DNA of 57,358 nt from Patescibacteria group bacterium (GCA_040388985.1 JAZKAU010000001.1:1-57358), one strand, 5' to 3'; shown: positions 6,523 through 16,836, counted from the stretch's first letter. Notes: a model not told the origin generated them from the sequence alone. Translations and numbers: made by a program.

Positions 6523-8171
6523 TGCGGCTTCTCCTTTTTCGTTGACTTCTTCTTTCGCGCCTTCACCGGCTTCAGCTCGCCCTTCGGCGATATGGTACCG
6601 CGCTCCGCGTGATCAAGCTTGAGCCGTATATGTCGACGGGCCATGCTGGTGCGCGCATACTCTATCCATTTGGCCGTCGGGTGAGCAGAGGGACGCTCGA
6701 GGATCTCCACGACGTCGCCATTGCGGAGCTGCGTATCGAAGGAGACCATCTTCCCGTTCACTTTCGCGCCGTTCATGTGATGACCCAATTCGCTGTGTAT
6801 AGCGTACGCGAAGTCCACGGGCGTCGAGCTTACCGGCAGGTCGATGACGTCACCCCGCGGCGTGAAGACGAAGACGCGATGCGAGAAGAAGTCTTGGCGC
6901 AGCCCTTCGACGAAATCAGTTGAACCGGCAGTCGGTGCATGCGCGTCAGCAAGCTCTGAAAGCCACGGCGGCGCGACCCGCTGCTTGCTCTTGACCTTCT
7001 TCACTTTTTCTACGGGAGCCGGTGCAGCGTCCCTTGAGCGCAGATGCAGGAGGGTCGGCACGAGTCCGCGCATCCACGAGAAGGAAAGACGCTCGAAGGC
7101 CTGCTTCTGAGCCACTTTTTCGAGCTTCTGCGTCTCTTGTCGCAGCTGCTTGTATGACATGTGCGAGGCGATACCGTATTGCGCTTCCTGATGCATCTCT
7201 TCGGTGCGTACCTGCATCTCGACGATGCCTGCGTCCGGAGTTATCACGGTCGTATGCAGCGACTGATAGCCGTTGGGCTTAGGGAAGGAGATATAGTCCT
7301 TGAATTCGCCCGGAAGGGTCTTCCAGAGCGCGTGGATGACACCGAGCGTCGTATAGCAGTCGTCGATGGTGGGCACGATGACGCGTAACGCAGCTATGTC
7401 ATGTATACGCGTGATGTCGTCGTTCTTGCGCTTGAGTTTCTGATGCAGGCTCCAAAGACCTTTCATGCGGATATCAGTTCGAAAGCCGGTCATGTTGCGG
7501 CGCGCGAGCGCATGCTGCAGATCCCTCTGTACCCGTACGAGCCCGGCCTCGGTCTCCTTAGATTTGAGCTTCCTGACTTCAAGCGCGTGCTGGTAGGCGT
7601 CAGGATCGATGTTAGGAAATGCCAAGTCCTCAAGCTCGCGCTTCATCGCGCCCATTCCGAGTCGGTCAGCGAGCGGCGCGTATATCTCGAGCGTCTCAAG
7701 CGCGATGCGGCGGCGCTTGGCTTCCGGCACATGCTCGAGCGTCGTCATGTTGTGGTAGCGGTCGCAGAGCTTGATGATGAGTACGCGCACATCGGCAGAG
7801 GTAGCGACTAGCAGGCGTCGCAGTGACTCAGCATGACGCTCCGCGCCCTGATACTTGTGCTTGCCGAGCTTGGTCACGCCCTCGACGAGGAAGCGGACAT
7901 CAGGACCGAATTCAGCTTCGATCGTTTCCTCCGAGACCCCGGTGTCCTCGACGCAGTCGTGCAGAAGACCTGCGGCAATGGTATCCGCGTCCATGCCGAG
8001 CTCCGCCAGATGGAGGGCGACTGCTGCAGGATGGAGGAAGTATGCTTCGCCCGAGTAGCGTTTATGGTCCTTATGAGCATTCTCCGAGAAGGCATACGCC
8101 TTCTCGATAAGCGTGATATCCTCCGGATCCGGATCGCGCATGGCCGCCACGATCTGCTTGACGGTAGTCAT
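6519..8171 (-). CDS. Bifunctional (p)ppGpp synthetase/hydrolase, RelA/SpoT family; TGS domain present, no ACT domain
   Basis: HD domain (YFLHPAAVALHL..LLHDCVEDT), synthetase core (YQSLHTTV), and TGS (VFVFTPRGDVIDLP..AYAIHSELG). The start is set at MTTVKQ (8171); the ORF extends to 8276. Confidence 0.9.
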   Translation of the reverse strand: MTTVKQIVAAMRDPDPEDITLIEKAYAFSENAHKDHKRYSGEAYFLHPAAVALHLAELGMDADTIAAGLLHDCVEDTGVSEETIEAEFGPDVRFLVEGVTKLGKHKYQGAERHAESLRRLLVATSADVRVLIIKLCDRYHNMTTLEHVPEAKRRRIALETLEIYAPLADRLGMGAMKRELEDLAFPNIDPDAYQHALEVRKLKSKETEAGLVRVQRDLQHALARRNMTGFRTDIRMKGLWSLHQKLKRKNDDITRIHDIAALRVIVPTIDDCYTTLGVIHALWKTLPGEFKDYISFPKPNGYQSLHTTVITPDAGIVEMQVRTEEMHQEAQYGIASHMSYKQLRQETQKLEKVAQKQAFERLSFSWMRGLVPTLLHLRSRDAAPAPVEKVKKVKSKQRVAPPWLSELADAHAPTAGSTDFVEGLRQDFFSHRVFVFTPRGDVIDLPVSSTPVDFAYAIHSELGHHMNGAKVNGKMVSFDTQLRNGDVVEILERPSAHPTAKWIEYARTSMARRHIRLKLDHAERGTISPKGELKPVKARKKKSTKKEKPH

Positions 8172-8398
8172 AGCTTCAAGAATACTGCTAAAGGGAGAAC
8201 CTGGAAAGAAAGGGGAAGAGATATGGCAACGATCTATCGCCATTACTGCCGTCGCTGCCCGCTGGAATACCCCCAAGACGGGGTGTTATATGTCGAGCGG
8301 CCCTGCCCGCTTCACATGCCCGTCTACGTGGTGGACTCATTCCAGCGTATCATCGGACCGGCTCTGGGCTGCGTTTAACGCGGCCCTTTGCCTTTTAT

Positions 8399-10846
8399 TT
8401 ATGATAGATAGCTTGCTGCCTCAAGCGGCGTAAGTTCATTTGCATCCTGACTCTCGGGAAGATATATACGCCGTAATCCTTTCTTAAGGAAGAGTCCTTG
8501 CTTCGATTTATATAAGGTGATCATCTTTCCGGTCTTCGGATGCGCTCCGACATCTCGCACGATCTCGACGCCGCGCGGCGGTTGCTTCGGAGTGTTAATG
8601 AGCGTGACTGCTTCCTCAAGCGTGATGGTATACGGGTCCTGTTTCTTTATCGAACGGAATTCGCCATCGTGGGCGACATAGGGGCCGAACCGCCCCGTGT
8701 TGGCCATGACAGGCTTTCCAGATGTCGGATGAAGTCCGAGCTCGCGGGGAAGCGAAAGATAGCGTACGGCGTCCGTAAGCGTCACGGTCGAAAGATCAGT
8801 ACCGGGCGGGATGCTCGCACGCTTTGCGTTGACTTTCGGTTTTTTGGGTTTCTTCGCCACTTTCTTCCGCGCAGTCTTTGCAGTCTTTTTCTTAATCGTG
8901 CCTTCCTCGGCTGTAGCTTCAGAGACTGGCTCTTCCTGTGCCGCTTCCTCCGGAAGCGGCATCTCTACGTATGGTCCGAAGCGCCCGGTGCGTATGAATA
9001 TGGGATACCCCGTGTCAGGATGCATGCCGAGCGGCTCGTCGCTCTTAAGCTCCGTACCGTCTTCCTGGCGCGCGCCTTCGCAGTCCGGGTAGCGCGTACA
9101 GCTCATAAAGATACCCGCGCGCCCGAGCTTGAATTCCATGGGCGCGCCGCATAGAGGGCATGGAAATTCCTCAGGCACGCTGCCGAGCGCCGTCGCCTTC
9201 GGAAGGGAGTCCTTGCTCGCGACTGCCTTCTCGAACGGTCCGTAAAAATCCTTCATGGTCGCGAGGTAGCCGCGCTCGCCTCGCGCTATCTCATCGAGCT
9301 CGTCCTCCATCTCAGCAGTAAAGGCATCCGAGATGTAGTCAGCGAAGTGTTCCTCAAGCCAGCCGGATACAACCATGCCGGTAGCGGTGGGCTTGAGGGT
9401 GCGCCCGTCCTTTACCGCGTATTCGCGGTCTTGGATGGTCTTCATGATGCTCGCGTACGTGGAAGGGCGCCCGATGCCGCGCTTCTCGAGTTCCTTGATG
9501 AGACCAGCTTCCGTGTAGCGGTTGGGCGGTTCGGTCTGCTTCTCGAGGCTTTCTAATTTCAGAAGGTCGAGCGGCTCGCCTAAAGCCAACTTCGGAAGCT
9601 CGACGTCCTCGCCTCGTGCGCGCGTGTCGCAGGCAAGCCAGCCTAGGAAAAGGACCCGAGAGCCAGTCGTACTGAAGACAGGGATATCCGCATCAGCCTG
9701 AGACTTGACGGTCGTACGTTCGACTTTTGCAGCTGCCATCTGGCTTGCAAGCGTACGGGTACGGATAAGCTCATAGAGCTGCGTCTCGTCCGGAGTTGCG
9801 CCCGCGCGCGCCTTTGCCGGATCGGTAGGGCGTACGGCTTCGTGAGCCTCCTGTGCGTTCTTGCTCTTGGTCGTATATGCGCGAACATGCGTATAGTCTT
9901 TGCCGAATTCCTTTTCGACAGTCTGCGCGATCTTCGCGATAGCTTCCTTAGCCAGGTTCACCGAGTCAGTACGCATGTAGGTGATGTGACCGGCTTCGTA
10001 CAGCTTCTGTGCCGCGCGCATGGTGCGGCTCGGAGAGAAGCCAAGTCTGGTGGAGCCTGCCTGTTGAAGGGTCGATGTCGTGAATGGAGGTTTCGGGTTG
10101 CGCTCTTCGCTGCGCGTCGCGACGTCTGCCACCTTCCAGGAAGCCTCGCGCCCGAGCGTGACGATACGCTCTGCTTCTGCAGGCGTCGCCGGCTGCTCGA
10201 CGCAGGTAGCAGGGAATTCTCCGCTAGCTGACACTCCTTTAGTTTTGAGGAGTGCGTCTAGCACGTAGTAGGTGACGGGAATGAACGCCTTAATCTCGCG
10301 TTCGCGCTCTGCGAGGATGCGCAGCGCCGGCGACTGCACGCGACCGGCTGAAAGCCCGTACCGCACCTTCTTCCAGATAAGTCCTGAAAGATCATATCCC
10401 ACAATGCGATCGAGCACGCGCCGAGCCTCCTGAGCCTGACGCAAGTCCTGATCGATGACACGCGGATGGGCGAGTGCTTCTTCCACCGCTGCCTTGGTGA
10501 TCTCATGGAAGACCACGCGTTTCGGCGCTTTGAGTCCCACAGCTTGCTGGATATGCCAGGCGATAGCTTCTCCTTCACGGTCGGGGTCGGTCGCAAGGAA
10601 TACCTCGGAGGCTTTCTCACTTGCGCGCTGTATCTTCTCGATGACGTCGCGCTTGTCGGGGCTTACGACGTAGCGGGGTACGAAGCCTTCTTCGATATCA
10701 ACCGCGTCCTTGTTCGACTTCGGAAGATCGCGCACGTGTCCCACGGAGGCAAGAACCTCGTAGCCCTCGCCGAGATATTGCTGAATGGTCCTCGCCTTTG
10801 CGGGCGACTCGACTATGAGCAGTTTCTTTCCTTTGGTGGATGCCAT
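8399..10846 (-). CDS. topA: DNA topoisomerase I
   Basis: Toprim N-terminus LLIVESPAKARTIQQYLG, then DPDREGEAIAWH, and C-terminal Cys4 zinc-ribbon repeats. ATG at 10846; the TTG-started ORF extends to 10858. Confidence 0.95.
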   Translation of the reverse strand: MASTKGKKLLIVESPAKARTIQQYLGEGYEVLASVGHVRDLPKSNKDAVDIEEGFVPRYVVSPDKRDVIEKIQRASEKASEVFLATDPDREGEAIAWHIQQAVGLKAPKRVVFHEITKAAVEEALAHPRVIDQDLRQAQEARRVLDRIVGYDLSGLIWKKVRYGLSAGRVQSPALRILAEREREIKAFIPVTYYVLDALLKTKGVSASGEFPATCVEQPATPAEAERIVTLGREASWKVADVATRSEERNPKPPFTTSTLQQAGSTRLGFSPSRTMRAAQKLYEAGHITYMRTDSVNLAKEAIAKIAQTVEKEFGKDYTHVRAYTTKSKNAQEAHEAVRPTDPAKARAGATPDETQLYELIRTRTLASQMAAAKVERTTVKSQADADIPVFSTTGSRVLFLGWLACDTRARGEDVELPKLALGEPLDLLKLESLEKQTEPPNRYTEAGLIKELEKRGIGRPSTYASIMKTIQDREYAVKDGRTLKPTATGMVVSGWLEEHFADYISDAFTAEMEDELDEIARGERGYLATMKDFYGPFEKAVASKDSLPKATALGSVPEEFPCPLCGAPMEFKLGRAGIFMSCTRYPDCEGARQEDGTELKSDEPLGMHPDTGYPIFIRTGRFGPYVEMPLPEEAAQEEPVSEATAEEGTIKKKTAKTARKKVAKKPKKPKVNAKRASIPPGTDLSTVTLTDAVRYLSLPRELGLHPTSGKPVMANTGRFGPYVAHDGEFRSIKKQDPYTITLEEAVTLINTPKQPPRGVEIVRDVGAHPKTGKMITLYKSKQGLFLKKGLRRIYLPESQDANELTPLEAASYLS

Positions 10847-10898
10847 GAGCTTAAGCAATAACCTACATACCTATATATGGTCAAGGGAGAGCCTACGT

Positions 10899-11753
10899 TC
10901 ATACTCTTCTCCATGATCCGAATTCTTCTTTGAGAATGCCCTTCAGCTCGAGAATGCCGAGAAGCGGAAGCGCCTCGTGAGGAGGTATAGCGCATGCCCG
11001 CAGGACTTCATCGCGCGACAGGGGTTCTTCAAGCATGTCGTATAGCCTTCGTTCCGCATCTGACAGTTGAAGATGGCGTTGCTCCGTACCTGTCTCCATC
11101 GGCGTAATACCGAGCGCCTCCAGGATGTGTGAGAATTCGCTTACCATAGTCGCGCCTAGACGCAGGAAGAGATGCGAACCGAATCCATGCACGTCCCCGA
11201 TGCGATGCGGTATGCACAGAAGCTCGCGGTTATACTCGGCGGCCAGGCGCGCGGTTATGAGCGTCCCGGACTTTTGCCCAGCTTCTATCATGAGCACCGC
11301 ATGGGAGAGACCGACCATGATGCGATTGCGGCTGGGGAAGTCGTAGGGAGTGGCGATATGGCTCGGCTCTTGTTCGCTCAGAAGCGCGCCGCCCTCGCGT
11401 AGGATCTCGTGCGCAAGTCCCAGATTCGTGCGAGGACCGATGGCCTTGTCTGAGAGTCCGGAACCCGGCACCGCTATCGTATGCAGTCCCGCTCTGAGGG
11501 CCGCCCTATGGGCGGCCGCATCAGCTCCGAGGGCGAGTCCCGATACGATAGATATAGGATATCCAGCGAGCCCCGCAATAAGCGATTCGCATGCCTGTCG
11601 TCCGTAGCTCGTAAGCGCTCGTGAGCCCACGACTGCAAGCAGTCTCGTTCCGTCAGCAGGCATAGAGCCTCGCAGCCAGAGCTTTGCCGGCGGCTGGGGA
11701 ATCTCGCGCAATTGCGCCGGATAGTCGGGCGGTGTGAGTTCATGGATATCCAT
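10899..11753 (-). CDS. dprA: DNA processing protein DprA (Smf)
   Basis: LLAVVGSRALTSYGRQ..IVSGLALGADAAAHRAAL. The start is set at the MDIHELTPP ATG (11753). The longer ORF to 12239 overlaps serS on the opposite strand. Confidence 0.85.
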   Translation of the reverse strand: MDIHELTPPDYPAQLREIPQPPAKLWLRGSMPADGTRLLAVVGSRALTSYGRQACESLIAGLAGYPISIVSGLALGADAAAHRAALRAGLHTIAVPGSGLSDKAIGPRTNLGLAHEILREGGALLSEQEPSHIATPYDFPSRNRIMVGLSHAVLMIEAGQKSGTLITARLAAEYNRELLCIPHRIGDVHGFGSHLFLRLGATMVSEFSHILEALGITPMETGTEQRHLQLSDAERRLYDMLEEPLSRDEVLRACAIPPHEALPLLGILELKGILKEEFGSWRRV

Positions 11754-11852
11754 CCGTCGAGTATCGCAGGAGGCGCTTGAACAAAAGCTCCAAGAAATAT
11801 AAAATCCGCCTCCTTTTATAGTGAACAGCTCTGTCGTACAATAAGCCCTACA

Positions 11853-13169
11853 ATGCTTGATATTCATTTTATCCGCGAGAACGCCGACCTGGTGAAGGCC
11901 GGAGCTGCCAAGAAGAAAGCCAATGTCGATATTGATCGGCTGCTCGCGGTCGATGAGGAGCGAAAGAGCTTGCGCCAGCAGATGGACGAGCGCAAGGCTG
12001 AGCAGAATCGCATGAGCACTCGCATACAGCTTGCAAGCGGTGAGGAGAAGGAGAAACTCATCGAGAGCATGCGCTTCGTAAAGGAAGGATTCAACGAGCT
12101 TGAAGAGAAGTTCAACGCGCTTACCGAAGAGTGGACGAAGCTCATGCTTGCGGTCCCGAATCTCCCGTCGCCAGATACTCCTGAAGGACCTGATGAGAGT
12201 GGAAACGTCATGGTTCGTGAATGGGGAGAGAAGCCGCAATTTTCATTTACTCCTAAGCCTCACTGGGATATTGGTGAGGCGCTCGGCATCATCGACTCGC
12301 AGAAGGCTGCCGAGGTCTCAGGCGCCCGCTTCACGTATATAAAAGGTGATTTGGCACTCATGCAATTTGCGCTCATCGATCTTGTCTTCAAGACCCTCAC
12401 TTCACGCGAAACTCTAGAAGCAATCGCAAGAGCTGCGAATCTTGATATTGATACGAAGCCATTCATTCCGGTCGTGCCACCGGTCATGATGCGTGCCGAT
12501 GTCATGGGCCGCATGGGCCGCCTGCATCCTATCGATGACCGCTATTACTTCGAGAAGGACGACCTCATTCTCATAGGCAGTGCAGAGCACACCCTCGGCC
12601 CGCTTCATATGAACGAGACTCTCGACGAAGCATCTCTTCCTATTCGTTACGTCGGCTACTCGACATCATTCCGCCGCGAAGCGGGAGCTGCGGGTAAGGA
12701 TACGCGCGGAATCTTGCGGCTTCATCAATTCGACAAGCTCGAGATGGAAAGCTTCGCGCGTCCTGAGGACGGGTATCGCGAACAGGATCTCTTCGTTGCC
12801 GTTCAGGAGCATCTCATGAGAGCTCTAAAGATTCCGTATCAGGTGATATCGGTATGCACCGGAGATATGGGCATGCCTGTTCATCGCCAATATGACATTA
12901 ACTCCTGGATGCCGGGACAGGATACGTATCGCGAAACGCATACGTCCGACTACGTCGGAGGCTTTCAGGCTCGCCGTTTGAATACGCGGGTGAAAGGAAC
13001 AGACGGTACCACGTCGCATGTGCATATGAATGATGCCACTGCATTTGCCATAGGACGCACGCTCATAGCTATCATGGAGAATTATCAGCAGGAGGACGGT
13101 ACCGTGCGCGTGCCAGAAGCACTCATTCCATATGTCGGCAAAGAAGTCCTGGGACGTACAGCCGGTTAG
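11853..13169 (+). CDS. serS: Seryl-tRNA synthetase
   Basis: An N-terminal coiled-coil arm (MLDIHFIRENADLV..) is followed by class II aaRS core motifs (FRREAGAAGKDTRGILRLHQF, GRTLIAIMENYQ). Confidence 0.95.
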   Translation: MLDIHFIRENADLVKAGAAKKKANVDIDRLLAVDEERKSLRQQMDERKAEQNRMSTRIQLASGEEKEKLIESMRFVKEGFNELEEKFNALTEEWTKLMLAVPNLPSPDTPEGPDESGNVMVREWGEKPQFSFTPKPHWDIGEALGIIDSQKAAEVSGARFTYIKGDLALMQFALIDLVFKTLTSRETLEAIARAANLDIDTKPFIPVVPPVMMRADVMGRMGRLHPIDDRYYFEKDDLILIGSAEHTLGPLHMNETLDEASLPIRYVGYSTSFRREAGAAGKDTRGILRLHQFDKLEMESFARPEDGYREQDLFVAVQEHLMRALKIPYQVISVCTGDMGMPVHRQYDINSWMPGQDTYRETHTSDYVGGFQARRLNTRVKGTDGTTSHVHMNDATAFAIGRTLIAIMENYQQEDGTVRVPEALIPYVGKEVLGRTAG

Positions 13170-14142
13170 ACGAGTGGTCCGTACGCCTGCGCCTGAACAG
13201 TCTCGGGTGCAGGCTCCGCGTCGGCCGGCTGCGCCTGCGCCCTCCACTCCAAGACCGTCTCGCACGCCCGCTCCCGCAAGTTCGAATTCCGTACGAGCGC
13301 CTCTGCGCCCGCAGCCGCTCCCGAAGGGAAGCCTCAAGCAGCGCCGCAAACAGAAGCGCCGCTACGCGGGATACGTAGCCCTTTTTGTCCTTCTGATACT
13401 CATTGCAGGATTCTTTTACGCTTTATGGCGGCCCGCGCTACGCGTGCAGAGCGTGAGCGTGCATGGTCCTGATAGCGAGACCGTACAGCAGATAGCACGG
13501 AGCAAGCTTTCGGGAACGTATTTCTATCTCATCCCGCGTAATTCGATATTCTTCCTGCCGACCTCGAAGGTGCGAGCTGCTGTCCTTGATGCGAGTCCGG
13601 ATGTCGCCGCCGTATCGTTCGCGCGCACGTCATTCTCATCGCTTGAAGTGACTACGACGTCACGCGCGACGGCTTTCGTCTGGTGCGGAACAAGCATCGA
13701 TACGCCATATCCGAATGGCGGTTGTTTTGACGCGGATATCGAAGGGTTCCTCTTCAAAGCTTCCGATCCAGTTTCTGTGGGCACGGCATCGACCACGGGA
13801 ACTCAGACGCGTGTCTTCGACACGCTCGACCGCGACATCGTAGAAGGACAGCCGCCGCTGCGGGCGCATATCTCGTACGCTTCGGCGCTTCCTGACGCTC
13901 TCAGATTCGTAAAGGCTATACGCGATTTGAACGTCCCGGTATCGGCGCTCGCTCTGCGCGGTGACGAAGCGGATCTCTGGGTAGGCGGACCGACTCGTAT
14001 CACCTACGTGCTCGGCCACGAAGAAGACGCCATACAGCTAGCCGCGTCCTCGCTTGCGAACCTGACGCTTACGAACGGCACCATCCAATACGTTGATCTG
14101 CGTTTCCCGGGCAAGGTCTATATTAAAAAATACGGGGAATAA
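13132..14142 (+). CDS. FtsQ/DivIB-like cell division protein with a Pro-rich N-terminus, one TM segment and a POTRA-like region
   Basis: TM segment YVALFVLLILIAGFFYALW, followed by LRVQSVSVHGPDSETVQQIARS, which looks like an FtsQ POTRA start. It overlaps the serS 3' end by 38 nt, so the true start is uncertain. Confidence 0.6.
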   Translation: MSAKKSWDVQPVRRVVRTPAPEQSRVQAPRRPAAPAPSTPRPSRTPAPASSNSVRAPLRPQPLPKGSLKQRRKQKRRYAGYVALFVLLILIAGFFYALWRPALRVQSVSVHGPDSETVQQIARSKLSGTYFYLIPRNSIFFLPTSKVRAAVLDASPDVAAVSFARTSFSSLEVTTTSRATAFVWCGTSIDTPYPNGGCFDADIEGFLFKASDPVSVGTASTTGTQTRVFDTLDRDIVEGQPPLRAHISYASALPDALRFVKAIRDLNVPVSALALRGDEADLWVGGPTRITYVLGHEEDAIQLAASSLANLTLTNGTIQYVDLRFPGKVYIKKYGE

Positions 14143-14325
14143 GTGAATCCCCTGAAATTCCCCGATCTGCTGCGTTGCTCTCGTCGTTCAAGACCGAACG
14201 GTACGCCCCTGTTTACTTACGAGTCATCGAGTTAGTAAACAGGAAGTGCCCTTGGGGTGCGCCTGAGTACGACTCGGTCTTTCACTTCTCAGCGCCTTGC
14301 ATATCGGGTTTTTCAAGGGACTCAC
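14143..14325 (+). repeat. Long imperfect-palindrome element (long variant) immediately after the ftsQ-like stop codon
   Basis: Outer arms 14143-14170 and 14299-14325 pair at about 22 of 28 positions. A central 10-bp-stem hairpin is formed by CCTGTTTACT (14208-14217) and AGTAAACAGG (14234-14243). Homologous to 23058-23237, and to the short variants at 46113 and 46648. Confidence 0.8.
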
Positions 14326-14356
14326 AAGAATTCTGTGTGATACACTCCGACTGCTC

Positions 14357-15346
14357 ATGGAATCCTTCTGGAAAAGCTTACCGAAGCCGTTCTTCGTTCT
14401 TGCGCCTATGGCGGACGTGACGGACCCTGCCTATCGCGCGCTTATCGCGCAGATGGGGAAGCCGGACGTCACCTGGACGGAATTCGTCTCAGCTGACGGG
14501 CTGTATCACACACGCGAACCGCGCAAGGACGGCACTCGGGTATATGAGCATGATGCCGACAATCCGCTCATGCGCGATCTGCTTTTCACGGAAGCAGAGC
14601 GGCCTATCGTGGCGCAGCTATTCTCAAGCAAGCCAGAGATGATGGCCTATGCCGCGAAGCTATGCGCCTCGCTCGGCTTCGACGGCATCGATATCAATAT
14701 GGGCTGTCCTGTCGGCACTATCGTAAACCAAGGATGCGGTGCGGCGATGATCCAGCATCCGGATGTTGCCAAAGCGGTTATCGCCGCTGCGCGCGCGAGC
14801 GGGTTACCCGTTTCCGTAAAGACTCGCATCGGCTATAACGCGGAGGAGATAGATACCTGGCTCGCTACGCTTCTTGAACAGAAACTCGATGCGCTCACGG
14901 TCCACCTACGTACTCGAAAAGAGATGTCCAAGGTCGCCGCCCATTGGGAACTCATGCCGCGCATCCTCGCGCTCCGTGATCGCATCTGCCCCGATACGCT
15001 TATTCTCGGCAATGGCGACGTGGATAGTCTTGAGGATGCGCGACAGAAGGTTGCAGAGAGCGGATGCGATGGCATCATGCTGGGCCGAGCTATCTTCGGG
15101 AATCCCTGGCTATTCGACGAGGAGCGTTCGACGGAGAATATCGCGCCCGGCGAGCGCATAGAAGCGCTCGCGGCTTTGGCCCGCAGCTTCGATGAACTGC
15201 GTCCGCGCAAGTCTTTCCATATACTCAAGAAGCATATCAAGGCCTTTATCACCGGATGGGACGGTGCGTCCGGACTACGCACTCGTCTCATGGAAGCTAC
15301 CACGCTCGAGGACTTCCAGCGTGCACTTAGGGAGAGTGGGGTATAA
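14357..15346 (+). CDS. tRNA-dihydrouridine synthase
   Basis: FVLAPMADVTDPAYRAL, GIDINMGCP, and a TIM-barrel layout. The start is set at MESFWK; the ORF-track TTG start at 14297 lies inside the repeat. Confidence 0.85.
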   Translation: MESFWKSLPKPFFVLAPMADVTDPAYRALIAQMGKPDVTWTEFVSADGLYHTREPRKDGTRVYEHDADNPLMRDLLFTEAERPIVAQLFSSKPEMMAYAAKLCASLGFDGIDINMGCPVGTIVNQGCGAAMIQHPDVAKAVIAAARASGLPVSVKTRIGYNAEEIDTWLATLLEQKLDALTVHLRTRKEMSKVAAHWELMPRILALRDRICPDTLILGNGDVDSLEDARQKVAESGCDGIMLGRAIFGNPWLFDEERSTENIAPGERIEALAALARSFDELRPRKSFHILKKHIKAFITGWDGASGLRTRLMEATTLEDFQRALRESGV

Positions 15347-15383
15347 TTCTTTCGTATTGTAACTGCCTACAGTCCACTTTTTT

Positions 15384-16415
15384 ATGGCTCATCAATCCTT
15401 ATATCGCACCTATCGCCCAGCAACCTTTGCGGACGTTGCAGGTCAAGAGCAGGTCACGGGACCTTTACGCGAGCAGATAGCAAGCAAGACCGTGGGTCAT
15501 GCGTACCTCTTCGCCGGCTCACGCGGGCTTGGGAAGACCTCCGTAGCGCGCATCTTTGCGCGCGAGCTCGGCGCGTCGAGCAAGGATCTCTATGAGATAG
15601 ATGCCGCATCGAACAACACCGTGGACGACATTCGCGCGCTTACCGAGAACGTCTACACGCTTCCGTTCGAGTCGCCGTATAAGGTCTATATCCTCGACGA
15701 GGCGCACATGCTCTCGAAGTCAGCCTGGAATGCCTTCCTGAAGACGCTCGAGGAGCCGCCCGCACACGCCATCTTCATACTCGCTACGACCGAGCTTGAG
15801 AAGGTGCCCGAGACCGTCCAGTCGCGCTGCCAGGTATTTACATTCAAGAAGCCGTCGCGCGAAGGACTCTCGAAGTTAGTGGCAAGCGTAGCCAAAAAAG
15901 AAGGCTATTCAATCGAGCCCGCAGCAGCCGATCTCATCACGCTCCTAGCCGAAGGCTCGTATCGCGATGCTCTCTCGATACTCGAAAAAGTATGTGCTTC
16001 GTCTCCTGATAAGAAGATTACCCTTGCGGAAACAGAGCAGGCGACAGAAGCGCCACGTCATGCGCTTGTCGAATCCTTTGTTCAGGCGCTTTCGGAAGGT
16101 AGCCAGGAGAACGCGCTTGTCGTTTTGCACACGGTGGGGAGTGAAGACGTCGACGCTGTCCTCTATCTCTCGCTCGTACTCGAATATCTGCGCACCGTGC
16201 TTCTGACGCGTCATGCGTCTGAACTTCGTAAGGAACTTGAGAAAGAGGTAGGACCTGAAGAGTATGGCGCCATACGTGCGCTTGCTGAAGCCAAGGAATC
16301 AAAGATCACGCACCAGACGTTAAAAGTCTTTCTCGATGCCTCTTCACGCATCCGGTTCTCGCCCGTGCCGATGCTTCCGCTCGAGCTCGCCGTATATGAG
16401 CTTTTCGGTGCCTAG
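15384..16415 (+). CDS. dnaX: DNA polymerase III subunit gamma/tau (short form)
   Basis: YRTYRPATFADVAGQE, HAYLFAGSRGLGKTS, and the DEAHML Walker B motif. Confidence 0.9.
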   Translation: MAHQSLYRTYRPATFADVAGQEQVTGPLREQIASKTVGHAYLFAGSRGLGKTSVARIFARELGASSKDLYEIDAASNNTVDDIRALTENVYTLPFESPYKVYILDEAHMLSKSAWNAFLKTLEEPPAHAIFILATTELEKVPETVQSRCQVFTFKKPSREGLSKLVASVAKKEGYSIEPAAADLITLLAEGSYRDALSILEKVCASSPDKKITLAETEQATEAPRHALVESFVQALSEGSQENALVVLHTVGSEDVDAVLYLSLVLEYLRTVLLTRHASELRKELEKEVGPEEYGAIRALAEAKESKITHQTLKVFLDASSRIRFSPVPMLPLELAVYELFGA

Positions 16416-16417
16416 TC

Positions 16418-16735
16418 TTACCTAAGCAGTAGATTCCCGGACGGATTGATAGTTTCGATATCGCCGAGGTCACGGGGAAGTATCTGGTAATTCGCTTGGA
16501 CGTAGCGCAGGTCGTGCCGAAGCTCGCGCGCGATATCTCTACGCTTTTCTTCACCCGCAGCGTTCGAAGCGTCAGTAGCGGTATCTTCCAGAAAGCCCAT
16601 TACGGTCGCGAGGAAGGCGAAGTAGTCGCCGGACCTGATATGAAAGTCGATATTCTTTGGCGAGTCCATCAACAAGCCTACCCTTTCAGTAATCAAATAC
16701 GTACGTGCCATATAAGTACATTGTAAGCGCTCCAC
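16418..16735 (-). CDS. Hypothetical protein
   Basis: Only an ORF, convergent with dnaX. No recognisable motif. An internal ATG at 16711 is an alternative start. Confidence 0.3.
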   Translation of the reverse strand: MERLQCTYMARTYLITERVGLLMDSPKNIDFHIRSGDYFAFLATVMGFLEDTATDASNAAGEEKRRDIARELRHDLRYVQANYQILPRDLGDIETINPSGNLLLR

Positions 16736-16836
16736 ATGTCCATGTCCTTAGCGTCGCATGGGGACAGGGTTGCAACGGGTTTTATAAAGATTTCATCTCC
16801 TTGCCGATTAGCGTGTTTCCCTGCAAGATTACGATA

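Noticed and set aside
10899-12239. A 446-aa ORF suggesting a much longer DprA
   Set aside because: DprA similarity starts only at the MDIHELTPP ATG (11753). The upstream 162 codons overlap the serS coding region on the opposite strand and have low-complexity, non-protein-like composition.
13132-13169. The 38-nt serS / ftsQ-like overlap as a possible frameshift or fusion
   Set aside because: Both reading frames are intact, and serS ends at its normal length. The overlap most likely reflects an over-extended start for the downstream gene, whose N-terminus is Pro-rich with no internal ATG. There is no evidence of recoding.
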